Positions 28,301 to 40,896 of a stretch of DNA of 64,000 nt are shown here, piece by piece. Both the position numbers and the translations under genes were made by a program. The notes under the pieces are model-generated. The model was given only the letters and a program-made list of their open reading frames with translations, was not told where the DNA came from and did no database searches. Within the stretch, counting starts at the first letter, position 1. The number at the start of each line of letters is the position of its first letter. Source of the stretch: Raja brachyura (lineage: Eukaryota); assembly GCA_963514005.1 (NCBI GenBank), contig OY740803.1:4650001-4714000 (forward strand), in the 5' to 3' direction.

Positions 28301-29405
28301 TGCTGGCTGCTTTGGTGAGATTGAGGTTGGGTGTTACGTGGTGAATTTTATGTCTGAGCTGGACATCTTCAAATACAAGGACAGCTGCTACATGAACCTG
28401 GTCAGGTATTTACTGACGGAATGGATCCCGGAAGAAATTGACATAACGTGGCAAAGGCTTCATGGAAAAATAAAGGTGATACATGATAACATGTGGAAAT
28501 CACTGGAATCAATTTATGAATACATAGATTACTTTAGGGCCGACCAAACAACTGAGGGATCTCTTGAGGAGAAATATTTTGAGAAATTAAGCAAGACTGA
28601 GAAGCAATTCTTGTCTTTCTTCAGAATACCCAATGACCAGTTGTTGAGGTCACGAGAAATGCAACCTCTGATCCCCAAATTAAAAAAACACACGTGTCTC
28701 TTGGGTGGTGGGAGACTCACAAACATTTTTTCATTAAAATATGAAAATTTAAAGAAAATCGTAGAATTGTGCACTAATCAGCATGAAGATTACAACAAAA
28801 GTGATTTAGAAAACTATATTTTAGCACAAATGGCACTAGCTATCAATCGCTTACCCAGTTATCCTGGAGAGATTTCCAAAGCTGAACTTTGTGTGCATGC
28901 CTCCAGACTGTGTAAAATGTGCACTTCCGATGAATCCCCTGTCCCATATTTCATACAAGTGTTACTCTTCTGGCCAGAAGCCACAGCCGAGAGGACAGCA
29001 GAAGATGACGAGTGTTTGATTGAAGCGTTAGACATGATGAACAATCTGTACAAGAACAAAATAAATAATTTCCCAACAAGGAAAAAGCCGACTTACCCTC
29101 ACGTTTTCCTCGGATATGGAACTGGCTTGCAGCAGTTTATCTGCCACAACCACAAGGAACGTCGCAATGGAATGTACGGGTGGGAAGAGCTTCATGGCAA
29201 ACTACAGCGCATCGAGGGCTGGATCGAACATAACAAGATTTATATTCAAGGCCATTGCAGTGAAAGTAAGATTCCTGTTCATCGTGGACCCAAATGTTTG
29301 ATACTATCCAGGAGAAGTAGAGTTTCATTTTATTTAGGATTTACTTTGCGGGGCTGTGTGGCCTACAATGTTCAGGAGGTGTCTGAGGACGGTCCTTCTG
29401 AGTAA
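25321..29405 (+). CDS. SAMD9/SAMD9L-family protein, large terminal exon (AlbA_2/Schlafen-like nuclease, SIR2-like, P-loop NTPase, TPR, OB fold)
   Basis: Uninterrupted 1360-codon frame after ttacttttag|; motifs [106 protein letters not shown]. SAMD9 versus SAMD9L orthology cannot be assigned. Confidence 0.96.
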
Positions 29406-29705
29406 GTGCATTTGTGATCACTGGGCTGCAGTAGTTTACTCCACTGAATCACATTGGGTTCATTTTGTGCAGGCAACATTCATGTTCATCAGTTCCAGGA
29501 GAAGAATTAGACCATTCGGCCCATCAAGTCTACTCCGCCATTCAAGTCGAGAGTCAAGAGTGTTTTACTGTCATGTGTCCCAGATAGAACAATGAAATTC
29601 TTACTTGCTGCAGCACAACAGAATATGTTATCATGATAAATAATATAACTAAACTAAAAAAAAACAAACAATAACAGTGCAATAATAATAGTGTCATTAA
29701 TAATT

Positions 29706-32700
29706 GGGGACTTCCGGTGGCGCTATGGAGGCATAGAGACCAGCGCCAGCTAGCTCCACGTGAAAGTCGCAGAAAACGGGGAGAAAGAACAGGACTTACC
29801 TTCTGCTATCGCACCGGCTGCCTTCAACGAGTGAGTGACGTCATCAGACGCGCGACTCTAGTCTATGCAACGTACCCCCTCAACTCAAAAAAGACCGGTA
29901 GGCTTAGGCAACCGGCAGAAGAAGTAGGCCCAACTGAAGCCTTGGCTCAGTTTCAACGATGTCCCAGGAAGATGAATCAAAGAAAACAAAGCCAAAAAAA
30001 ACAGAATTGGAAGAACTTCGAAATGTCCTCTCTCTAGAAATTAAAAATATAATGGAGCAACTGAAAAGTTTTAATGAAAAACTGAATTTTAAGGAAGAAT
30101 TTAAAGAGGAATTCCGCTCTTTTAAAGAAGAATTTAAAGAAGAAATCACCTCCACTGTTCACGAAATATTGGAAGCCTGGAAGCTGACAATGGAAGAAAG
30201 TTTCAATAAACAAAATTGAAGAGGTAAATGTTAAAATTAATTTGATGGAAACCAGCTTTAATGTTGGATCCTATTAATGAGACAATGGATCAACAAAATA
30301 CAGCAATAACTGAACTAGAGGAAATTGCTATGACAAGTGCTGAAACCACAAAAAATTTCCTCCTCGAGAATCAACGTTTATCAGAATTACTGAGTAAAAT
30401 AACTGAAAAATGCATTGATTTGGAGGGGCGTCAGAGATGCCAGAACCTAAGAATTGTAGGTGTCAGAGAAGGAAGAGAGGGGGGACCGAGACCGAGAATT
30501 ATTGCAAAAAGTCTTAAATCTGGATCAAAAGCCTTTACTAAGTTGAGCACATAGAGCGCTGAGACGCCGACCACAGGGCGATGCCCCGCCAAGACAACTG
30601 ATAGTAAAGGTACAATACGATCATGAATTGGATGACATGATGAAGAAAATTGTCCGTAACAGAGGGCTCACTTTTTAAGGAGAGAGGATCAGCATCTTTC
30701 GAGACTATCCCGTGGACGTCTCTAAGAAGAGAGCGCTGTTTACAGAGACAAGAAGAATACTTAAGAACATACCAGATTTGTGATATGGCCTGATGTACCC
30801 CGCAACACTGAGAGTCACCTACAAGAAGAAGGAACATTTCTTCACAGACCATAAACAAGCACTTGAATTTGCCCAGAACATCGACAATATGACCGAAGAC
30901 TGAACAACATACATCATTTTCCTGACGTCAAGGAGCAGCGTGACCTCGTAGAGTACTAATGGAACTTTAAATTGTTATACTTAAGGACTAATGAAAATTG
31001 ATAAGGATAGCGGAGCAAGTTTCCTCCTATTGATATTGATATAATATATTTATATCTTAGTCTTATTGTTATTTGTTATTAACTACTGATTATTACTAAT
31101 TACATAACTGATATATTACATTTATATCTTAGTAATGTTGTTAATTATTATTAATTACTGATTACTACTAATTACAAACGAATCACAAACATTTGGCGTT
31201 ACTAATTACTATTATGAATTATTAATAATTACCATTAATTGGTTTACTTAGAAATAGTTAAAATTTGATTATAAGTAAGGCTTAATTTAGGCACATTTTT
31301 AACAAGGGTTTGGGGTTTTCCACTTTATTTTCGATTTTAAAAATATATATATATGAGATTAATATGGTAACAAGAATAATAACTTTTTTATTAACGGATT
31401 ATAAATTCTTTGGTTTAAAAATGTTTTTTTAATCCCCTAGAAACTGTTTTATTGAAAAAAAAATGTATGGAGAGCATGGAGCTAGTAATTTTTTTGTCAA
31501 AGGCTATGGAAGTCTTTAGAATGCAGGCCATGCTAGTGTGGCTAACACTAACTACACTAATTATAGATGTTGTTTTTTTTCTTTCTTTTGCACCGTACTA
31601 ATCATCTATTCTGTTACTTTTCTTACCTTATGCTTTATTATGATTGTAAGTTTGAATGGAATTATAAGTTTTATCCAAGGAGATATGCACGGAAGAACGA
31701 CCTACGAGATTTAAAATTAATCTATCTGATGTTCGGGTGTAATGTCAGGTTTAGTGTGTTGAGCCATCTGCTCTTTTACAGTCCACCCTAAACATAAGAT
31801 GAAAGATGTTAATATGACAATTGGGGGTGAAGGAATTACATTTTGTAGTTGGAATGTTAAGGGAATTAATAAACCAATTAAGAGAGGTAAAGTATTACCA
31901 CATTTAAAATTGCTTAAGACAGACATAATATTCCTTCAGGAAATCCACCTTAAAAAGGAAGCATAGTGTAGACTGAAAGCAAAATGGATTGCTGAAATGT
32001 ATCATTCCTCGTTCTCACATAAATCCAGAAGTATAGCATTATTAATCCGAAAAGGGATACCTTTTAAACATACATCAACTGTAGCGGACAATGATGGTAG
32101 ATATATTGTATTAGTAGGTGAGCTAAACGCAAAAAAAAAGTGATTCTTCTTAATGTTTATGGACCTAATTTTGATAGTCCCTTGTTTTTCAAGAAAACAT
32201 TCAATACAATCCCGGAACTTACACAATCCAAATTAATAAATGGAGGAGACTTAAATTGTACACCAGACCCTTATTTAGACAGATCGTCCAGACAAAGAAA
32301 AGTACAATCTCAGTCAAGTGAATTTCTAAATTCATATATTATGGATATATATCATCAAGGACGTCTGGAGAATCGAAAGCTCAACCGGATGAGAATATTC
32401 ATTTTACTCACCGGTACATAAAACCTATTCAAGAACAGACTATTTTTTCATAGACTCTATGCCCATCCCATTTACATACAACTCGAAATATCATAATATT
32501 ATAATCTCGGACCACGCACCTTTAACATTTATGATTAAACTAAATGGAATGGCTGAGAAACAAACACAGTGGAGACTCAATCCCCAAATTTTAAATGAAA
32601 AAGCATGTGAGGAATATCTTATTAAACAGATTACTATGTTTTTGAGACTAATGACCACCCTGGAAAACCTGCCTCTCTTCTTTGGGAAACGTTTAAAGCA

Positions 32701-35013
32701 TTCGCTCAAGGAGTATTAATTTCCTCCCAAGCATTTTATAATAAAGAGAACCGGGTTAAGCAACAGATACTGGAAAAGGAAATATAGCCATTAGACATAG
32801 GAAATGCAGCTGCACCAACTATAATAAAACACAATAAAATCGCTGTATTGAAATATAAATTAAATAAAATATATTCAGATCAAGTAATAAAACTCTATCA
32901 GCAGATTAAACAATTACATTTCGAATTCGGTGATAAACCACAAAAACTCTTAGCACATCAGCTTCGAGAATTGGACGGGGAAAAAACAATCCACAAACTT
33001 ATATCGGACACGGGAGAATTATTAACACTGCCCAAGGATATCAATGAGAGATTTCTGCAATATTATCAAAAATAGTAGCATTCTTACAGAAATGCAATCT
33101 AAAAAGTTTAGACTAAAGACAGAGAATTACTAGAAGCTAAAATAACGGTAAAAGATATTGAAGAGTCTATTAGATCTTTAAAAAAAACGGTAAGGCTGCC
33201 GGCCCAGATGGTATATGTTCTGAATTTTATTAAAACAATTATGATCTGGCCACTTGCTGAAAGTGTTCGGGTCCATCCAGAAATATACGGGTATAATACT
33301 AAAGACACTGTGAATAACATACCTTTATATGCAGATGATGTATTAATTTACATTACAAACTCATAAATTAGTATCCCAAGCTTATTAAATCTAATAACAC
33401 AATTTGGTTTGTTTTCCGGATACAGAATTAATTGGAATAAAAGTGAAATCATGCCAATGATTTTGGTGAAATCATTTCCAATACTGAAAATTCTTGATGA
33501 ATGTTTGAATAAACATCCTAATAGATAGTGAGATACCACCGACGGATTTATACAGGCAAACATGGGAAAATGAACTAAGCCAACAAATAACGAAAGATAT
33601 TTGGGACAAAAGTTTACAACATATACGTCAATGTTCACTAAATGCCAGACATTCTTTAATACAATTTAAAGTACTACATAGATTAACCATATAACCATAT
33701 AACAATTACAGCACGGAAACAGGCCTTCTCGGCCCTTCCAATCCGTGCCGACCATTTATTTTCCCCTAGTCCCATCTACCTGCACTCAGACCATACCCCT
33801 CCATTCCCTTCCCGTCCATATACCTATCCACTTTACTTTTAAATGTTAAAATCGATCCTGCCTCCACCACTTCTGCAGGAAGATCATTCCACACAGCCAC
33901 CACTCTCTGAGTAAAGAAGTTCCCCCTCATGTTACCCCTAAACTTCTGTCCCTTAATTCTCATGTCATGCCCTCTTGTTTGAATCTTTCCTACCCTCAAT
34001 GGGAAAAGCTTATCCACGTCAACTCTGTCTATCCCTTTCATCATTTTAAAGACCTCAATCAAGTCCCTCCTTAACCTTCTGCACTCCAAAGAATAAAGAC
34101 CTAACTTGTTCAACCTTTCTCTGTAACTTAGTTGTTGGAACCCAGGCAACATTCTAGTAAATCTCCTCTGTACTCTCTCTATTTTGTTGACATCCTTCCT
34201 ATAATTAGGCGACCAAAATTGTACACCATACTCCAGAATTGGTCTTACCAATGCCTTGTACAATTTTAACATTACTTCCCTACTCCTATATTCAATGCAT
34301 ATTACTCTAAAACAAAAATAGAATCTTCCCACATGTCTCCCCTATCTGTGATAAATGTCAACATTTAGAGGCTAACCTAACTCATACATTCGCAAATTGT
34401 ATAAAAATCAAAAACGTCAGGGCGGATATTTTTAGAATAATATCTGAAGTGGATCCCGATTCAAAACCAATAACACTAGGACTATCACAACAAAGCCTAA
34501 CACTTACAACAACCCAAAGAAACTTTATCGACTATAGTATAATAACTGGGAAAAAATTAATATTAACATTTTGGAAAGGTCCTAGAACCCCCACAATTAA
34601 AATGTGGATTATGGAAATGTCGGAGACCTTACAATTGGAAAGAACTAGACTTGTCTTAATGGACAAACAAGAACTTTTTTTATCAGAATATGGTCACCAT
34701 TTATTGACTATTTGAAGGGGCAAACTGGTTCAGCACGAGAACCTGACTGAAGCTTAAATCAAGGATTAGATGAAAAGTTATACTTTCTAACTTACGAACC
34801 TATCTCCAATGTTGTATTTTTAGTAAATTATTCCATTCTTCTTTATTATGCTTTTTCCTCTTTTTATTCCTTTCTTATTTTCTATCTATATTAAAAAAAA
34901 TGCTAGAAGCAGAGTTAATGTCAATCAATAATATTAGTAATGTAGGAATGATATACATGAAATATTTTCAATATGATATGTACCTGCCTCTAATAAAAAT
35001 ATTATAAAAATAA
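29706..35013 (+). mobile_element. Full-length decayed L1 LINE
   Basis: 5' ggggacttccggtggcg; ORF1 coiled coil (EEFK repeats, LEGRQR..NLRIVG, MYPATL); ORF2 SWNVKG, GGDLN, SDHAPL, YADD; aataaa plus A-rich tail; many stops and an internal deletion. Confidence 0.92.
33685..34300 (-). mobile_element. CR1 3' fragment inserted in the L1
   Basis: LYKALVRPILEYGVQFWSP..; (atatggtt)n tail; interrupts L1 ORF2. Confidence 0.9.
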
Positions 35014-35350
35014 AATAGTCTATTGTAGTTCTGAACTTATGATCTTGTAGTGTTTAATAGCCTGATGGCTGTAGGGAAGAAGCTGTTCCTGAACCTGGAT
35101 GTTACAGTTTTCAGGCTCCTGTACCTTCTTCCCGATGGCAGTGGTGAGATGAGTGTGTGGGTTTCTGATGATGCTGGCTGCCTTTTTGAGACAGCGACTC
35201 CGATAAATCCCTTCGATGGTGGGGAGGTCAGAGCTGGTGATGGACTGGGCAGTGGTCACAACTTTTAGCTGTCTTTTCCACCCCTGGACATTCAAGTTGT
35301 CGAACCAGGCCACGATGCAACCAGTCAGCATGCTCTCTACTATACACCTG
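35014..35350 (-). mobile_element. Rex/L2-type LINE 3' fragment (tail at ~29542-29700, split by the L1)
   Basis: SMLTGCIVAWF..KVVTTAQSIT..LPTIE peptide; same family at 60295-60585 and 60700-60840. Confidence 0.7.
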
Positions 35351-35497
35351 GATCATCATGGCTGATCTATCTCTCCATCTCCACCCCATTCTCCTGTCGT
35401 CTCCCCATAATCCCTGACACTCTTACTAAACGGTTCTAGCCGACTGTACTGAAAATATAAATATTAATGAAATATTTTCATATCTGAAGGAAATGTT

Positions 35498-38400
35498 ACA
35501 TAGAAACATAGAAAAATAGGTGCAGGAGTAGGCCATTCGGCCCTTCGAGCCTGCACCGCCATTCAATGTGATCATGGCTGATCATCCAACTCAGTATCCC
35601 GTACCTGCCTTCTCTCCATACCCCCTGATCCCTTTAGCCACAAGTGCCACATCTAACGCCCTCTTAAATATAGCCAATGAACTGGCCTCAACTACCTTCT
35701 GTGGCAGAGAATTCCAGAGACTCACCACTCTCTGTGTAAAGAATGTTTTCCTCATCTCGGTCCTAAAGGAATTCCTCCTTATCCATAGACTGTGACCCCT
35801 TGTTCTGGACTCCCCCAACATCGGGAACAATCTTCCAGCATCTAGCTTGTCCAACCCCTTAAGAATTTTGTAAATTTCTATAAGATCCCCCCTCAATCTT
35901 CTAAATTCCAGCGAGTACAAGCCGAGTCTATCCAATCTTTCCTCATATGAAAGTCCTGACATCTCAGGAATCAGTCTGGTGAATCTTCTCTGTACCCCCT
36001 CTATGGCAAGGATGTCTTTCCTCAGATTTGGAGACCAAAACTGTACGCAATACTCCAGGTGTGGCCTCACCAAAACCCTGTACAACTGCAGTAGAACCTC
36101 CCTGCTCCTATACTCAAATCCTTTTGCTATGAATGCTAACATACCATTTGTTTTCTTCACTGCCTGCTGCACCTGCATGCCTACTTTCAATGACTGGTGT
36201 ACCATGACACCCAGGTCTCATTGCATCTCCCCTTTTCCTAATCTGCCACCATTCAGATAATAGTCTACCCTCATATTTTTGCCACCAAATTCGATAACCT
36301 CACATTTATCCACATTATACTGCATCTGCCATGCATCTGCCCATTCACTCAGCCTATCCAAATCACCCTGCAGCCTCCAAGCATCCTCCTCACACCTAAC
36401 TATACCCCCCAGCTTGGTGTCATCTGCAAATTTGGAGATGTTGCATTGAATTCCCTCGTCCAAATCATTAATATATATTGTAAATAGCTGGGGTCCCAGC
36501 ACTGAGCCTTGCGGTACCCCACTAGTCACTGCCTGCCATTCTGAAAAGGACCCGTTTACTCCTACCCTTTGCCTCCTGTCTGCTAGCCAGTTCTCTATCC
36601 ACATCAATACTGAACCCCCAATACCGTGTGCTTTAAGTTTGTATGCTAATCTCTTATGCGGGATCTTGTCGAAAGCCTTCTGAAAGTCTAGATATAACAC
36701 ATCCACTGGTTCTCCCTTATCCACTCTACTAGTCACATCCTCGAAAAATTCTATCAGATTTGTCAGACATGATTTACCTTTCGTAAATCCATGCGGACTT
36801 TGTCCAATGATTTCACCACTTTCCAAATGCGCTGCTATCCCATCTTTAATAACTGACTCTAGCAGTTTCCCCACTACCGATGTTAGACTAACTGGTCTGT
36901 AATTCCCCGCTTTCTCTCTCCCTCCTTTTTTAAAAAGTGGGATTACATTAGCTACCCTCCAATCCTCAGGAACTACTCCAGAATCTAAGGAATTTTGAAA
37001 AATTATCACTAATGCATCCACTATTTCTGTGGCTACCTCCTTGAGTACTCTGGGATGCAGACTATCTGGCCCTGGGGATTTATCGGCCTTCAATCTGTTC
37101 AATTTACCCAACACCACCTCCCGGCTAACTTGGATTTCACTCAGTTCCTCCATCTTATTTGACACCCGTTCCACTGCTATTTCCGGCAGATTATTTATGT
37201 CTTCCTTAGTGAAGACAGAACCAAAGTAGTTATTCAATTGGTCTGCCATGTCCTTGTTCCCCATGATCAATTCACCTGTTTCTGACTGCAAGGGATCAAC
37301 ATTTGTTTTAACTAGTCTCTTTCTCTTCACATATCTATAAAAACTTTTGCAGTCAGTTTTTATGTTCCCTGCCAATTTCCTTTCATAGTCTATTTTCCCT
37401 TTCCTAATTAAGCCCTTTGTCCTCCTCTGCTGGATTCTGAATTTCTCCCAGTCCTCCGGTAGGCTGCTTTTTCTGGCAAATTTGTATGCCTCATCTTTTG
37501 TTTTTATACTATCCCTGATTTCCCTTGTTATCCATGGATGCACCACCTTCCCTGATTTATTCTTTTGCCAAACTGGTATGAACAATTTTTGTACTTCATC
37601 CATGCATTTTTTAAATACCTCCCATTGCACATCCACTGTCAACCCTTTAAGAATCACCTGCCAGTCTATCTTGGCCAATTCACATCTCATACCATCAAAG
37701 TTACCTTTGTTCAAGTTCAGAACCCTTGTTTCTGACTTAATTTTGTCACTCTCCATCCTAATGAAGAACTCAACCATATTATGGTCACTCTTGCCCAAGG
37801 GGCCACGCACAACAAGACTGCTAACTAACCCTTCCTCATTACTCAATACCCAGTCTAGAATAGCCTGCTCTCTCGTTGGTTGAGAAAACTATCCCGCATA
37901 CATTCCAAGAAATCCTCTTCCTCAGCACCCCTGCCAATTTGATTCACCCAATCTACATGCAGATTGAAGTCACCCATTATAACCGTGTTACCCTTGTTGC
38001 ACGGATTTCTAATTTCCTGTTTGATGCCATCCCCAACTCCAATACTACTGTTAGGTGGCCTGTACACAGCTCCCACTAGCGTTTTCTGCCCCTTAGAGTT
38101 TCGCAGCTCTACCCATATCGATTCCACATCCTCCACGCTAATGTCCTTCCTTTCTATTGCATTAATCTCCTCTCTCACCAGCAATGCTACCCCACCTCCT
38201 TTTCCTTTTCGTCTATCCCTCCTGAATATTGAATATCCCTGGATGTTCAGCTCCCAGCCTTGGTCACCCTGGAGCCATGTCTCCGTGATCCCAACTATAG
38301 CATAGTCATTAATCGCTATCTGCACCTTCAACTCATCCACCTAATTATGAATGCTCCTCGCATTGAGACACAAAGCCTTCATGCTTGTTTTTACAACACT

Positions 38401-39165
38401 CTTACTCCTTATACAATTATGTTGACCAGTGGCCCCTTTCACATCGATCCCTATTACACTTGGCCATACTCTCCTATCCCTTTGTGAGCTTTCTTTCCCG
38501 TTAATTCTGGGGTCATTAACCATCCCTTAACTCTCTTTCCCTTAACCCCACCCCCCTTATTCAATTTAAAACCATCCGTGTAGCAGTGGCAAACCTGCCG
38601 GCCAGAATGCTGGTCCCCCACCTGTTAAGATGCAATCCGTCCCTTTTGTACAGTTCCCCCTTACTCCAAAACAGATCCCAGTGATCTAAGAATCTAAACC
38701 CCTGCCCCCTGCACCAGTTCCTCAGACACACATTCAGGTCCCGTATCTCCCTGTTCCTGCTCTCGCCAGCACGAGGAACTGGAAGCAAACCGGAGATAAC
38801 AACCCTGGAAGTCCTGCTTTTCAGCATTTTTCCGAGCTCTCTGAAGTCCCGCTGCAGAATATTCATCCCCTTCTTTCCAACATCATTTGTGCCAACATGC
38901 ACGACCACTTCTGGCTGTTCATCTTCGCCCTTGAGGATTGTCTGCACTCTGTCCCTGACATCCTGGATCCTGGCACCAGGAAGGCAGCACACCATCCTCG
39001 AATCCCGTCTGTTGCCGCAGAAACCCCTGTCCGTACCTCTCACAATGGAGTCTCCAACTACAATGGCATTGCCGACTTTGGCCTCTTTGGTTTTGGCTCA
39101 ACAGCCCTTTTTATTTTGCAGGCCAGTCCGCCGCTCAGTGAGATACCGTCTTCTGTCCCGGCAGC
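35498..39165 (-). mobile_element. Near-intact CR1 LINE: SGNH-esterase ORF1 C-terminus plus APE-RT ORF2
   Basis: ORF1 AIVVGDS..CLPGA..HVGTND..DGLHL; ORF2 LNARS, ITETW, YRPP, MGDFN, SDHN, DFQKAFD, GVPQGSVLGP, FADD; about two stops and one frameshift; (ttctatgt)n tail. Confidence 0.95.
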
Positions 39166-39838
39166 TTTTAATTAAAATAGTTGTGGGATCCCTAAATAAG
39201 AGGCCATCTGTAAGAGATTAAATAATAGAAAGAGAATCTGTCACTCAAATGCTAAGTACAACCATGTGCTGTGGTTTAATAACAAAAACGACATTAAGGT
39301 GGATCTCGACCTGAAACGCCACCTATTCCTTCACTCCATAGATGCTGCCTCACCCGCTGAGTTTCTCCACCATTTCTGTCTACCTTAAGGCTAGATTAGA
39401 TATGTGGTTGAAGGGAATAGAAACAAGGTGGGTAAACACAATTATGCAGTAGGGTGGTACTTAAATGACTAGAACAGCACTCAGTTCATGACCATGGCAG
39501 GTAGGAATTTAGTTTCAAGTAAAGGTATAATGTTAAAACAAAGTGTGACAGTAACTGTGAAATTATCTGAAACTCAACCAGCTGACTACATTGTGTAGGG
39601 AAGGAACTGCAGATGCTGGTTTAAACCAAAGCTAGACACAGCTGTCCCGCTGGAATAACTCAGCGGGACAGTCAGCATCTCTGGAGAAAAGGAATGGGTG
39701 ACGTTTTGGGTTGAGACCCTTCTTCAAACTGAAGATTACATTCCTGCATGTAAGGGAGACCTGGCGACCTTAACTCCTCTGGGTTCTATGTGATTGCAGA
39801 TCAACCAAAGTAGTGACCCTTAGCTGGAAAACAAATAC

Positions 39839-40896
39839 TAGGTATGTTACAAAACTTACCTTTAGCGGTGCTGCAGTTCTGTCACTGGCCGTGTGCGCGA
39901 CTTTGGCGCCTTTGGGGGGGGGGGGGCGGGTTAAAGTGTGGTTTTTCCTTGCCATCCAGAGCTTTATTTTCTCGGAGTGCGAGATTTTTCTAAAGATTCG
40001 TTCTGACTGCCTGTAAGTTAAATTTTTTCTTAAAATCGCCCGACTAATTCATCGCTGCAGTAAAATAAAAATTAGCTCCTAATGCCGTGAACGCTGACAA
40101 CGGGGACGGATTTTACGTAGGGGACAGGTAAGTGAAAGCTGTTTATTTTTTCATATAAACCTGCTTTTTTTTAGATGACCTAATCAAACTTTAACGTTGC
40201 GAAAGGGTGATTTATTCCCCATACAAACCGGCAGAATTTTTCCTGCCGATATGGGGTTTAAATTCACCGCAACCGCAACGTTCCAATCCATCGCGTTCCA
40301 AAAAATCCCACTCGCAAGCTGATTTAAATGCCCATTAATTTACAGGCATTAAACACTAAATCCCTTCAATTTGGCCTATAAATTAATGACAATTAGATTT
40401 AAAAATCATGTTATATTGTGAATTCTTGTGTGACTGTTATTTGGACACTTAGGCTTAAAAACAATGTTATTTTTTTCTTAGGAAATGGATAGATGTTCAG
40501 ATCTAGTAATTGAATTTTGTAATTAGCTACAATTGGGTAACTAACTAATTATATGCTTTAATTTCAGGTCATCCAAGTAAGATTGTTTCATATTTGTTTC
40601 AGAATGCTTCAATCTATAATAACTGAACAGTTCTTTCAGTTCTCTTAATTTTTAAGAAAGTTATGGGCTTTTGACTGTCCTAGATCACAGCTTTTGAGTT
40701 AAGTCAATGGAAAAGCAATGGGGAACAAGATGCTTATTTCCGAGTATGAAAATGGCCATAGCTTTTTTAATACTGAAGATATGAAAATGAATTAGGTGTC
40801 AAATTAAACTTCTTTTTATGCTTTATCTGATGGGATGAATGGCAGACTTAATTGCAGACTTGTTTGTTAAAATCTCTAAATTTTGTAACATTGCTA
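39839..40896 (-). mobile_element. Second copy of the ~1.06-kb hAT-like non-autonomous DNA transposon
   Basis: taggtatgttacaaaa...ttttgtaacattgcta with perfect 7-bp TSD caaatac at 39832-39838 and 40897-40903. Confidence 0.87.

Noticed and set aside
25494-29328. Short antisense or alternate-frame ORFs inside the SAMD9-like exon
   Set aside because: Shadow ORFs with no recognisable motifs.
10339-40896. Composite transposon that carried the SAMD9-like gene
   Set aside because: Each copy has its own matching TSD and the outer flanks differ (caaagaa versus caaatac), indicating independent insertions.
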